From positions 1 to 64,000 of IMG/VR virus record IMGVR_UViG_3300032243_001145: a stretch of 64,000 bases of DNA. One strand, 5' to 3'. The notes under the pieces are model-generated. The model worked only from the letters and a program-made list of their open reading frames with translations, ran no database searches and was not told where the DNA came from. The position numbers were made by a program, and so were the translations under genes. Shown here piece after piece: positions 33,266 through 42,852 of the stretch; positions within the stretch are counted from its first letter, which is position 1, and the number at the start of each line of letters is the position of its first letter. This stretch comes from a virus. Lineage: Duplodnaviria > Caudoviricetes.

Positions 33266-33603
33266 TATGAGTTGTACCTAACTACATATTTAAGTGCATC
33301 TACAAGTTTGTCTATGGACTCTTTAAGTGAATAATATACGTTCTTTTTATTATTGTTTATTGTTCCCGCTTTATCTTTTGCAATAGTAGAATAAACTGAA
33401 GACATGACAGCAAACTTAGTAGACATTGCTTGAAGTTCCATAATGAGCATTGGCGCTTTAGCAGAAGGCACATCTGGATTCATTAAAAGCTTTACAACAA
33501 TAGAAAGCGCCCTATCTAAATGTTCATCATTCATGAACTCATGTAAATCATTAAACTCTGTTATATCACTAATTAGTTCAAGCGTATTTTTATCTTCTGT
33601 CAT
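33265..33603 (-). CDS. hypothetical conserved phage protein
   Basis: 112 aa in operon. Confidence 0.8.
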   Translation of the reverse strand: MTEDKNTLELISDITEFNDLHEFMNDEHLDRALSIVVKLLMNPDVPSAKAPMLIMELQAMSTKFAVMSSVYSTIAKDKAGTINNNKKNVYYSLKESIDKLVDALKYVVRYNS

Positions 33604-33694
33604 TTTTAATCCTTTTGTCTAGTCGATCTATAAATATACCAAAAAAATATCCTACTGAAAAGCCAATAATTAAACCAAAAAAAAATTTAATCAT
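33590..33694 (-). CDS. 34-aa single-TM microprotein
   Basis: MIKFFFGLIIGFSVGYFFG..., coupled to neighbours. Confidence 0.55.
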   Translation of the reverse strand: MIKFFFGLIIGFSVGYFFGIFIDRLDKRIKNDRR

Positions 33695-34376
33695 TTTTAT
33701 ATGTCACATTCATGTTTAAATAATCAACTTCATGTTTACCAATTGATTCATTATTTTCATTAATTGCTTTTTTATACATTTTTGCAAACTTTCCTCTATC
33801 GGTAAATTCTTTCATTTTTTTTAAATAATTTTTTGTGTCATGAATTTTTTTAAATGGAATTGTTTTATTATGAAATATTAAATTTGAATTATCAAACTGT
33901 TTAATTGATATTGGTAATACACATGCTATATTTGTAAATGCTGGTATAAATATTTCTTTATTTGGTTCATGTATTTTCCACACAATAGGCAAAAGCCCTG
34001 TAAAAAATGAAGTTGATAAAACTGTTGAAATGCAAGAAGCTTCTTTTTTAAACTGATTTGGCACTGGCATTGTTAAAAGGCTTGTGTTGTCTTTAGTTTT
34101 AAAAATTAAATTTGTGTGAAAGCTTACTGTACCTTGTCCTCTACCAATCCATATATGCTCTTTTCCTAATATGCCAGAGACACCACCTTCTGATGATCCG
34201 TCCCAAATAAAAGAGATATCTTCTTCAAAATAAATTCCATACCCTATTTGATTAGCTGTTGTAAGGGGGTAGCAATTGTAAGTTCGTGGATCAATCCAGT
34301 CTCTTTTTATATCAAGCGACCTTACTTTAGCAGATTTTCTTTTTGCATCTTCTAAATAAACATCAAATTCATACAT
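33687..34376 (-). CDS. DUF6065-like protein
   Basis: RDW...YNCYPLTTANQIG...WDG...PVPN; start MYEFD. Confidence 0.65.
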   Translation of the reverse strand: MYEFDVYLEDAKRKSAKVRSLDIKRDWIDPRTYNCYPLTTANQIGYGIYFEEDISFIWDGSSEGGVSGILGKEHIWIGRGQGTVSFHTNLIFKTKDNTSLLTMPVPNQFKKEASCISTVLSTSFFTGLLPIVWKIHEPNKEIFIPAFTNIACVLPISIKQFDNSNLIFHNKTIPFKKIHDTKNYLKKMKEFTDRGKFAKMYKKAINENNESIGKHEVDYLNMNVTYKND

Positions 34377-34674
34377 TATTGTCTTCCCAACACTGTATAA
34401 GCTCTTCCAAAATAGACCATTCAATTATTCCAAGTCTTACTTTAGAGTTTTCTCCTATAATTATTTTAAGCGCTGGGTGCATATCTCTATTTACTTTAAA
34501 TGTGTCTGTACATATTTTAGACCAAACATCTTTATTTAATGTAAAAGATTTTGAAGCTTCTTTGTAATCTACTAAAAAATTATTCCATTGAGCATCGCCT
34601 TTTTGATAATTTCCTCTTCCGCTGTTTTTTTGAGCTTTAGCTCCATCTCTTTTTACCTCTGATCTTTCAGACAA
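34369..34674 (-). CDS. small PD-(D/E)xK nuclease/resolvase-like protein
   Basis: NSGRG...KGD...VDYKE; TTG start. Confidence 0.65.
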   Translation of the reverse strand: MSERSEVKRDGAKAQKNSGRGNYQKGDAQWNNFLVDYKEASKSFTLNKDVWSKICTDTFKVNRDMHPALKIIIGENSKVRLGIIEWSILEELIQCWEDNNV

Positions 34675-34675
34675 A

Positions 34676-35566
34676 CTATTCACCAACTTTAATTTCAAAT
34701 TTTGGAAAAACTGTTTTAAATTTAGGATGCTTTTTTCCATCATATGAAACATGAATAAGATTAGATCCATCTTCCCAACTTTTTTTTCTTCTTTCATTAT
34801 CAATTTCAGCAATTTTTTCTTCCCCTAATATTTCTTTTTGAGCTATCCATTCTTCTGTTCCGTGAAATTTATAAGCTAAAAACATTCTAATTAAATATCT
34901 ATCTTCTTCAAAAAATGGAAAAACGCCATGATAAAATGGTCTTGCGCTTGGAAATACTGTTATATCTCCTGCTTTTGGTTTATAGTTATGAATTGTATTT
35001 GTTTTTTCATCATAAAAAGAAACTTCTCCTCCACTATAATTATCATTTAAATACATTGTAACGGTTATGGTTAACTTTAATCCAGCCGATTCTGCATCAT
35101 CATCATTAAAGTCTGTGTGATAATTCATTGCAATAGAAGAATAATCGTAACTAGATTTTAAATTTGGCTTATTATATTTTAATATGGTCCCCCCAGGTAT
35201 TTTCCAAACATCTTTTATAAATAAATTCCATGTTGGAAAATCATATTGCCAAATTTTTTCATCTTTATTTTCAAATACATAATCTTTAATAACATCATTA
35301 AAAACATCATATAAATTTTTAATAATTACTTCTTCTTCATAAAAATTGCTATCTAAAACATTATCTGCAATTTTATCTTTATTAAATTGAGAAGATCTGC
35401 CTGGCCAATTTGCATTCCAATCCTGCCAAGGATTAATTGCATATTTTTTATCGGTATAAGATTCTGTTTTTTTAATATAATTTAAAATATCTTTATGATT
35501 TGGTAAAGCATTTTCATATACATAAAGGTTGTTAAAAATAATATTTTTTTGAAATTTTTTATTCAT
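34676..35566 (-). CDS. 2OG-Fe(II) oxygenase
   Basis: YHTD...YLNDNYSGGE...FPS...HGV...RY. Confidence 0.88.
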   Translation of the reverse strand: MNKKFQKNIIFNNLYVYENALPNHKDILNYIKKTESYTDKKYAINPWQDWNANWPGRSSQFNKDKIADNVLDSNFYEEEVIIKNLYDVFNDVIKDYVFENKDEKIWQYDFPTWNLFIKDVWKIPGGTILKYNKPNLKSSYDYSSIAMNYHTDFNDDDAESAGLKLTITVTMYLNDNYSGGEVSFYDEKTNTIHNYKPKAGDITVFPSARPFYHGVFPFFEEDRYLIRMFLAYKFHGTEEWIAQKEILGEEKIAEIDNERRKKSWEDGSNLIHVSYDGKKHPKFKTVFPKFEIKVGE

Positions 35567-35758
35567 TTATCCAACCTTATGTATTGTTTCATGGCCATTT
35601 GAGCATGTCCACTTCATTATTAAATTTTTAAAATCCCACAACCCACCATCTACATCAATATCACATTTGGAACAAGGTTTTTTTCCTGGAAGCTCTTCGA
35701 ATGTAGAATCGTTTGCTACCAGTGTTTCTTTATTAAAAAATTCATCAAGCTTTGGCAT
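35567..35758 (-). CDS. small Zn-binding protein
   Basis: CSKC...CSNGH. Confidence 0.7.
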   Translation of the reverse strand: MPKLDEFFNKETLVANDSTFEELPGKKPCSKCDIDVDGGLWDFKNLIMKWTCSNGHETIHKVG

Positions 35759-36749
35759 TTATTTCTCCTACTAAGTTGTCTACAACATCGGGATTTTCCC
35801 TCAAATATGATACAGCTTTTGCACGTCCTTGAATACGTTCTCCATTTATTGTATACCACGCCCCACCTTTTTCAATTGCTCCAATCATTTCTGCAACGTC
35901 AAGAGTTTCTCCCACTCCATCTACTCCAAGAGACTCTCCTTGGTAGTAGAAATCGTATTGTCCTGAAAGATTAGGGGGGCCGAGCTTGTTGTAATCAATA
36001 ATCCAATTGACTGGTCTGCCAACTCTTTGTTCAATAATTTTGTCACCAACTTTAATGCCAGCTTTGATAGCATTAGCTTCAGCCTCAGAAGACCAAAGCT
36101 TAATGACGGTGGAAGAGAAGAACTTGACTGCCATTCCTCCTGTCGGTATGTGGGAGGCATGCATAGATCCAAACTGATTTCTCTGTTGTGAGATGAGTAC
36201 CAATAGTGTGTTCTTATTTGCATAGTTTAACATCTTGACTGCGTGAGTCATATCCTTTGCTTCAGCGCCGATTTGCTTTGTGTCTTGCAAATCTTTCATT
36301 TCATTTCCATCTTTTTCAAAATAAATAGCTGGTAGTAGCGCCGATATAGAATCTACTACGATAATATCAACACCAGCGTCCATTAGCTTTGTAGCAACAT
36401 CGACCATATCATTAACTGTTTTGGCTGAAGAATAGATAAGGGAAGACGAATCTACTCCAAGCATCTCTGCCCAAGCCTGATCGTAAGAGGCTTCAGCATC
36501 AATCCACGCACAAGTCTTGCGTTCTTTTTGTGCAAGCGCAATCATTTGCAAACAGAATGAAGACTTTCCTGCTGACTTATTTCCCCAAACAAGAACCTGT
36601 CTTCCATATCCAAGCCCACCCTTTAAAGCCATGTTTAGGCCAATGCTTGGTGTCTTTTGCTTTTCTACTTTTACATCTTGTGCTGCTTTAACTCTTGCTC
36701 TTGTTTTTGGATCTAGTGCTGCTAGGATATCGTCTATAGCTATAGTCAT
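35745..36749 (-). CDS. recA: RecA/UvsX-like recombinase
   Basis: GGLGYGR...GNKSAGKS, WIDAE, VVDS, TGG, KGGAWY. Confidence 0.93.
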   Translation of the reverse strand: MTIAIDDILAALDPKTRARVKAAQDVKVEKQKTPSIGLNMALKGGLGYGRQVLVWGNKSAGKSSFCLQMIALAQKERKTCAWIDAEASYDQAWAEMLGVDSSSLIYSSAKTVNDMVDVATKLMDAGVDIIVVDSISALLPAIYFEKDGNEMKDLQDTKQIGAEAKDMTHAVKMLNYANKNTLLVLISQQRNQFGSMHASHIPTGGMAVKFFSSTVIKLWSSEAEANAIKAGIKVGDKIIEQRVGRPVNWIIDYNKLGPPNLSGQYDFYYQGESLGVDGVGETLDVAEMIGAIEKGGAWYTINGERIQGRAKAVSYLRENPDVVDNLVGEINAKA

Positions 36750-36779
36750 TTATTCTCTTTCTTTTATACAATTATATCA

Positions 36780-37169
36780 TTAAAATAAATTGCCGTGAAG
36801 CCTTGGTCTATCTTTATTTTTTTCCATTTTTTTAAATAAAACTTCATCTAGGCTGTGATCTACAAATCCTCCATTACGCATTGATGCATATAGATCAAGA
36901 GTTCTAATTAATATATCAACCATTTCTTCTACAATTTCTTCTGAGCCTTTGTTTTTTCTCATTGCTTCAAGAACTTCAGTTACTTCAGAATGCACTAATG
37001 CTAATTTGTTTCCAAATACATCAAAGTTTTTTGGTTTATCCCAAAATCCTTTTTCAATAGCAATTTCATGCAGCAATGCAGCTAAAACATCTAGCCCATA
37101 ATCTGTTGCCAACTCTACATCTTTATTCGAAGCTCTCAATGAGCTGGTCGTTATTGAACCCTGATTCAT
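36780..37169 (-). CDS. MazG-like NTP pyrophosphohydrolase
   Basis: SEVTEVLEA...EEMVDILIR. Confidence 0.85.
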   Translation of the reverse strand: MNQGSITTSSLRASNKDVELATDYGLDVLAALLHEIAIEKGFWDKPKNFDVFGNKLALVHSEVTEVLEAMRKNKGSEEIVEEMVDILIRTLDLYASMRNGGFVDHSLDEVLFKKMEKNKDRPRLHGNLF

Positions 37170-37374
37170 TTTTTCCTTTTAATGTAAATGTAAATGTCTG
37201 ATCATCTGAATTGTAATCAACCTTAAGCTCTTGATCTTCTGTAGCAGCATTCATAAACAAGTCCGTTGGTACGGTTATTGTTCCAAGTGTCTGAAGAGAA
37301 GCAATTAAAATTTTTGGTACGCTTAAAGCACCAAAAACTTCTTCTGCTGTACTAACCTTAATTTCTTCTGTCAT
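37123..37374 (-). CDS. hypothetical protein
   Basis: 83 aa, ATGA-coupled. Confidence 0.75.
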   Translation of the reverse strand: MTEEIKVSTAEEVFGALSVPKILIASLQTLGTITVPTDLFMNAATEDQELKVDYNSDDQTFTFTLKGKNESGFNNDQLIESFE

Positions 37375-40300
37375 TTTATCTCCTTGATATTTAATGTTCC
37401 ATCATCTAATTTTGACAATGTAACTTTGCATTTCATACCTTCACGCATTTTTGCTAAAGTCATTTTATACATCGCTGGGAAAGCAATTGCTCTTGTTAGG
37501 TTCTTATCTTTATCTGATAGTACTATGTGACTCATTTGTTTTCCAGCCTTTGTTGTATAAGGGGTAAAGTTTACCACAATATACTCGTCCTCTTCAAGGT
37601 CATACTTCTTTCTATATAAATAGTCCACAAATAGATCATTTGAATCTGGATTGATGTCTGATACCTTGATGTATCTTGCTATTCTATTATCTCCAACAAG
37701 AATAAAATACATTTGTCCTGTTTCAATTTGTGTTTGCTCTGTATGAAACAAACCAATAGATCCAGTTTCATCTACAAGTTCTACCCTTGCCCAGCCATTT
37801 CCACGCTTAATAGATTTAACCATTCCAAACATAACAAAAGAACCTAAGTCATCAAACTCTTCAATTGGTCTTGCTTGTGCTTTAATTCTTGGTGGAATTC
37901 CTTCAAGATTAAATGTTGGAATGTTTAAATATTCGTAGTAATTGTCTTTTTCATTTCCTTGCCTTTTATTATCAGCAAACGCAGCACCGCCGATGGCGTT
38001 AAGAGCAGCAATAGCACGGCTATTAATGCCAGAACCCTTTTTCGATGCTTTATCAATAAAGTCAGCATAGTCACTGAACGGTCTTCTTTCTATTATTTTA
38101 TTAGCAATACTGTCTGAAATAAACTTTACTTCAGCTAAACCAAAACGAATTGCGTTATCTTGTAAAGAAAAATATACTTGGGATTCATTTATATGTGGCA
38201 AAAGCACTTTTAGTCCAAGACGCTTTGCTTCAATTAAATATTCTGTTCTCGCATCTTTATCATTTTCGTTTTTAAGAATTGAAAACATGAACTCAAGTGG
38301 ATAATAAAACTTAAGCCAAGCAGCATAATAACTAAGCATAGAGTAAGCAACAGCATGGGAGCGGTTAAAAGAATAACCAGCATGCGCTTCAAAATCATGC
38401 CATAGCGCTTCGGCTTTTTTCTTAGAAATGTGCTTTGAAGCCCCAGTAACAAACTTATCCTTAAACTGGTCAAATTCTTTTGCATCTTTTTTCTTTCCAA
38501 TAATCTTGCGGACCTTATCAGCCTCTGCCCAAGTCATACCACCCAAGTGTACGCATGCTTGCATAACCTGCTCTTGATATATGATAACACCATATGTATT
38601 CTCGGTAAAAGGCTTCATGATTGTGTGCATATAATCTACAGCTTCATTGCCATTTTTGCGGTTAATGTATGCAGCTCCCACTGTATTCATTGCACCAGGA
38701 CGAACAAGAGCATTGGAAGCAGCAAGGTCTTCAAATTTATCTATGCCCATTTTAATCAAAAGGTTTGTATATGGCGTTGCTTCTGCCTGGAACACACCCT
38801 TTGTATACCCATCGTTTAACATCTTGTAAACATTAGCATCGTCCATAGTCATTTTAGAAAGATTAATTGTTTTGCCGTATCGATCTTTAATTGATTTGAG
38901 GGTATCGGAGATTACAGATAAAGTCTTAAGACCTAGTGCATCTAGCTTAATAAGACCTATATCTGCAACTGTATCCATATCGTATGCAACGACTGGAATT
39001 CTTCCTGATACTTTATCTTGAGAGTCTTCACGAGATTCAACTGGTGCAAACTTTCTTAAATCATCCTTTGCAACAACTACGCCAGCGGCGTGTACACCAA
39101 CTGATCTAATTCTTCCACGAAGTCTATCAGCAAGCCAAACAACTTCTGGGTAACGCATTCTAAATTCTTTTGTATTAGGGGAATCAATAAAGTCTTCAAA
39201 AGTATCCACTGACTTTAGTGCACGGTTAACTTCTTGAAGTGGAACCATAAAAACACGAGAGGCATCTCTAACTACACCTTTATCTTTAAAGTATGTATAG
39301 GTAGAGATAGAGGCAACATGCTTAAATTTTTTCTTTAAATAATCTTTAACTTCTTTTCTTCTACGATCTTCAAAATCCGTATCAATATCTGGAAAGTCAT
39401 TTCTTTCTTCATTAATAAATCTAAAAAACAAAAGATCATATTTAATTGGATCTACATCTGTAATTCCTAACGTATAACAAACTAAAGATCCAGCTGCAGA
39501 GCCACGTCCTGGGCCAACCCTTATATCATTTTCTTTAGCCCAATTAATCATATCTCCAACAACAAGGAAGTATGAGGCAAAATTCTTTTTAGCAATAATG
39601 CCAAGCTCTTCGTTAAGCCTGTCAATATAAATGGGGTTTGAAGCCTTCTGAAGGCTCTCTAAGCCTTTTTCAGCCAACTCCCTTAGTCTTTCATCGGCGT
39701 CTGTCTTTGGGACTGGCAGAAGGTCTAGGCCCTGATAAAAATTATATTCTCCTACTTTTTTTGCAATTTCCATTGTATTCTCATATATGTCTGTTCGATT
39801 AATTCCAGCTTTGTTAAAGTCTGCTTCTATCTCAGAACGGCTTTGAATAAATAAATTCATATCTTGGAATGATATTCTACGGTCAGGATAAAGATAATTA
39901 AATCTATCTAACATGTCCTTGATATTTCTAGACATATCAAAGTCTGCATCCTTATCTATCTTAGGAGATGTAGATAAAATTAGTAGTGCTTCTTCTAATA
40001 TTCTATCTTCTTCTTTAGCAAAGTGAGCATCTCCTGTTGCCACCGCTTTAATTTTTAATTTATCGGCTAGTTCTAATAGTTTTCCGTTTATATCTGCAGG
40101 ATTATGTGACTGAACCTCAACATAAAAATCTGCACCAAAAGTGTTTTGAAAATCTTTTAAAATATCTTCTGCTTCTTGAAAGTTTTCTTTTTCAATACAC
40201 TTGCTTACAAGACCATTAAGGCATCCAGAAAGCACAATAATTCCTTCTGCGTATTGCTTTAATACTTCTCTATCAATACGTGGCTTGTGATAAAAACCTT

Positions 40301-40640
40301 CATTCCATGCAAGCTCTTGAAGAATATTTATATTTTCTAATCCTTTTTTATTTTTTGCTAGCAAAATAATATGATTATAAGCTTGAATAGATTTGTCTGT
40401 TTTAGAAGATCTATCAAATCTATCTGTTGGAGAAATATAAGCCTCAACACCAAGAATTGGTTTAATGCCAGTTTCTTTTGCGGCAATTTGCATATCTCTA
40501 TGTGACGAGAGAGTTCCATGATCTGTAATTGCAATCGCAGTTTGCCCAGCATCTAATGCTGCTTGACATAATTCTTTAGGTGAATTTAATCCATCCATTA
40601 ATGAATAGTATGAATGAACATGTAGGTGTGTAAAACTCAT
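37371..40640 (-). CDS. dnaE: DNA polymerase III alpha subunit
   Basis: HLHVHSYYS PHP domain, GRGSAAGS, PDIDTDF, YSFNRSH, OB fold; no intein. Confidence 0.97.
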   Translation of the reverse strand: MSFTHLHVHSYYSLMDGLNSPKELCQAALDAGQTAIAITDHGTLSSHRDMQIAAKETGIKPILGVEAYISPTDRFDRSSKTDKSIQAYNHIILLAKNKKGLENINILQELAWNEGFYHKPRIDREVLKQYAEGIIVLSGCLNGLVSKCIEKENFQEAEDILKDFQNTFGADFYVEVQSHNPADINGKLLELADKLKIKAVATGDAHFAKEEDRILEEALLILSTSPKIDKDADFDMSRNIKDMLDRFNYLYPDRRISFQDMNLFIQSRSEIEADFNKAGINRTDIYENTMEIAKKVGEYNFYQGLDLLPVPKTDADERLRELAEKGLESLQKASNPIYIDRLNEELGIIAKKNFASYFLVVGDMINWAKENDIRVGPGRGSAAGSLVCYTLGITDVDPIKYDLLFFRFINEERNDFPDIDTDFEDRRRKEVKDYLKKKFKHVASISTYTYFKDKGVVRDASRVFMVPLQEVNRALKSVDTFEDFIDSPNTKEFRMRYPEVVWLADRLRGRIRSVGVHAAGVVVAKDDLRKFAPVESREDSQDKVSGRIPVVAYDMDTVADIGLIKLDALGLKTLSVISDTLKSIKDRYGKTINLSKMTMDDANVYKMLNDGYTKGVFQAEATPYTNLLIKMGIDKFEDLAASNALVRPGAMNTVGAAYINRKNGNEAVDYMHTIMKPFTENTYGVIIYQEQVMQACVHLGGMTWAEADKVRKIIGKKKDAKEFDQFKDKFVTGASKHISKKKAEALWHDFEAHAGYSFNRSHAVAYSMLSYYAAWLKFYYPLEFMFSILKNENDKDARTEYLIEAKRLGLKVLLPHINESQVYFSLQDNAIRFGLAEVKFISDSIANKIIERRPFSDYADFIDKASKKGSGINSRAIAALNAIGGAAFADNKRQGNEKDNYYEYLNIPTFNLEGIPPRIKAQARPIEEFDDLGSFVMFGMVKSIKRGNGWARVELVDETGSIGLFHTEQTQIETGQMYFILVGDNRIARYIKVSDINPDSNDLFVDYLYRKKYDLEEDEYIVVNFTPYTTKAGKQMSHIVLSDKDKNLTRAIAFPAMYKMTLAKMREGMKCKVTLSKLDDGTLNIKEIK

Positions 40641-40846
40641 TAATATCCACCTAAACATTCATTTCTTGTATGATAAAGTCTAATCTTTGTCATAGTTTTT
40701 TTATTTGGAGCATCTAAATCTTCATTGCATGTGCTACAACTAAACGTCCATTCTTTAGTAAAAAAGTTATAGCCATAACCAAAACGATCTTTGTATTTAT
40801 TTGCCACAAATGTATCAAATGGATCTGGTATTTCATATGAAATCAT
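40640..40846 (-). CDS. small Zn-finger protein
   Basis: CSTC...HxxxxC; leaderless promoter upstream. Confidence 0.7.
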   Translation of the reverse strand: MISYEIPDPFDTFVANKYKDRFGYGYNFFTKEWTFSCSTCNEDLDAPNKKTMTKIRLYHTRNECLGGY

Positions 40847-40852
40847 GTTGAT

Positions 40853-40894
40853 ATTCTACTAAATAATACAGGGGCGGTCAATAGACCGCCCCTG
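40853..40894 (-). terminator. terminator hairpin overlapping a TTGACC-N17-TAGAAT promoter
   Basis: CAGGGGCGGTC/GACCGCCCCTG stem. Confidence 0.75.
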
Positions 40895-40906
40895 ATATTT
40901 AACTTT

Positions 40907-41578
40907 TTACCAGTCTAAGTTGCTGCTTGTGGCTGAAGGCTCATCTGCATGAGTACTTTCACCAGCAAAAAAAGCTTCTTGTTCTGTATACGGCATATCA
41001 CGAACTGCTGATGTTTCAAGATCAAACAACTCTAGCGTTGAGGCATCAAAAGGAGTTTCATCTTTTGCTAACGGGATGATTGTGTAGCTTGTGTCTGTCT
41101 TTGTTCCAGAACGCTTAACACGCCACATCAGATTAGTGATGCTTCCCATTTCGCCAGCATATTCAATTAATGTTGGAGTAATTGTTTTACCGCTTGATCC
41201 CTGAGAAAGAATAGCCACGTATGGGTCTTCCTTGCCATCGTCAACAAGAACGTTAATGTAAAGTCGTGAACGACCCTTCCATCCTGCCTTGTAATCTTTA
41301 CGGTGTTGCTCACATCCGTAGCATTTGCCTTGGTCTTCCATTGTACAAAGCCCCTTGCGGCGATAATCCTTTGGATTTGTATGCTCTACAGCAATAAATC
41401 CTAAACCAGCTTTTTCATTGTAAGTTGGTGAATCTGGATCTAGTTCCTGCAAGAAACGAATCTTTACGCTTTCTGCATCCTCTAGCTTTACCCAACGACC
41501 TTTTGTACCTTCGCCACCACTTGACTGCGGCTTGTCCATAACTTTATTAAGATCTTTCAGACCTTTTACTATTCCCAT
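40907..41578 (-). CDS. single-stranded DNA-binding protein (gp32-like)
   Basis: KIRFL, Zn ligands H/C/C/C, acidic tail ending in W; replication context. Confidence 0.7.
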   Translation of the reverse strand: MGIVKGLKDLNKVMDKPQSSGGEGTKGRWVKLEDAESVKIRFLQELDPDSPTYNEKAGLGFIAVEHTNPKDYRRKGLCTMEDQGKCYGCEQHRKDYKAGWKGRSRLYINVLVDDGKEDPYVAILSQGSSGKTITPTLIEYAGEMGSITNLMWRVKRSGTKTDTSYTIIPLAKDETPFDASTLELFDLETSAVRDMPYTEQEAFFAGESTHADEPSATSSNLDW

Positions 41579-41626
41579 ATTTTTCTCCTTTATAGTTGAT
41601 GGTATAAATCCATTTGTTTATTATTT

Positions 41627-42625
41627 TTAATGGGTCCAAGATTGATATTCAATATTGGAAACTGCGTTTTTAATACAGGCTTTAATTTCCTCTTCGGTCA
41701 AATCGCCAGCATCTTTTGCATCATGTGGATATATCTTACCATATTCATACGAAGCCCACAAGAGGTCTTTGTTTTTTAATCTAGAGGCTATACTATTAGC
41801 AAGCTCACGCCCAGCGTGGTCCGCATCTGTCATTAAAGTAACCTTATTAAAATATCTATTTATTAATGCCAAGTTTTCTGTGGATATATGTCCACCAAGT
41901 GTTGCAATAACATTGGGGAACCCAGCCTGGTGCACACGGATTGCATCGAAGCTAGATTCTACAATAATAACATTGTCACCTATTTTTTTAGCACGGTGAA
42001 TGTTAAACATAGTTTTGCTTCTTGGTAAATTAGTGCTGTTCTTAAATTTCTTTTCTGAAATAGAACGACCAACAATTCCAACTGCCATCCCATCTGGACT
42101 ATGCACTGGAACTGTAACCATGTCTTGCTTTGGAGAATAGCCTAAAGAAAAATGAGCCATTGAAGACATATCAATACCTCTAGATTTAAAATAGTTTTGT
42201 GCCTCTGTACTTGCAACTAGGTCGTTGTACAAATTCTTTAATATTTCTTCTGGAAACTCTACAAAGTCTGGCTTGTCTTCAAGCATATCCGTCAAAAGTT
42301 CATCAAAGTTTTCTAGTGTTTCGGTTTCTTTTGAATAGACATATCTCATTGCTTCAAAATCGTTCTTATGCAAAACTCTTTTAACTAATTCTATTAGTGA
42401 TCCAGTTTCACCACACGCTGGATTAAAACACAGCCATGCTCCAGTTGTTTTGCTTATGCTACAGCTTGCGCTATGTCTATTGGAATGAAATGGGCAGTAG
42501 AAAGAGATCTCTATATCTGTTTCACCCGCTATCTGTAAGCCAAGGCTTTTTACAATTGCCTTTATATGTTGCTTAGAGTATTGCGTGGTATCAGCTTTCC
42601 TTGCGTAATTGCTTCGTGCCGCCAT
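41627..42625 (-). CDS. dnaG: DNA primase
   Basis: CPFH...CFNPAC Zn finger, TOPRIM VESSFD...DAD...KD. Confidence 0.92.
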   Translation of the reverse strand: MAARSNYARKADTTQYSKQHIKAIVKSLGLQIAGETDIEISFYCPFHSNRHSASCSISKTTGAWLCFNPACGETGSLIELVKRVLHKNDFEAMRYVYSKETETLENFDELLTDMLEDKPDFVEFPEEILKNLYNDLVASTEAQNYFKSRGIDMSSMAHFSLGYSPKQDMVTVPVHSPDGMAVGIVGRSISEKKFKNSTNLPRSKTMFNIHRAKKIGDNVIIVESSFDAIRVHQAGFPNVIATLGGHISTENLALINRYFNKVTLMTDADHAGRELANSIASRLKNKDLLWASYEYGKIYPHDAKDAGDLTEEEIKACIKNAVSNIEYQSWTH

Positions 42626-42852
42626 GCTGTCTTCTTTCCTACATAAGTGCCATAGAGTGTCATTAAGAACATCCATGTTGTGCCATCAAATTCTACCGAA
42701 AAATTGGTGTCTATGTCAAGTACCCTAAGATACCCTTTGTCCCTCATTTGGTGCGTAAGCATACTTTCATATTGATGCTTAATGCGAACCATATCAGAGT
42801 CATCTAAAAATTCAACTCTAACCTGGAATCTTTTTATCGGTTTGTGATTCAT
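42562..42852 (-). CDS. hypothetical protein
   Basis: Likely start MNHKP. Confidence 0.75.
   Translation of the reverse strand: MNHKPIKRFQVRVEFLDDSDMVRIKHQYESMLTHQMRDKGYLRVLDIDTNFSVEFDGTTWMFLMTLYGTYVGKKTAWRHEAITQGKLIPRNTLSNI

Noticed and set aside
31023-37169. DNA hypermodification pathway from DUF1599, MazG and the oxygenases
   Set aside because: No base-modifying synthase, kinase or transferase is recognisable here, and the oxygenases look P4H-like rather than TET/JBP-like; cannot be supported from this window
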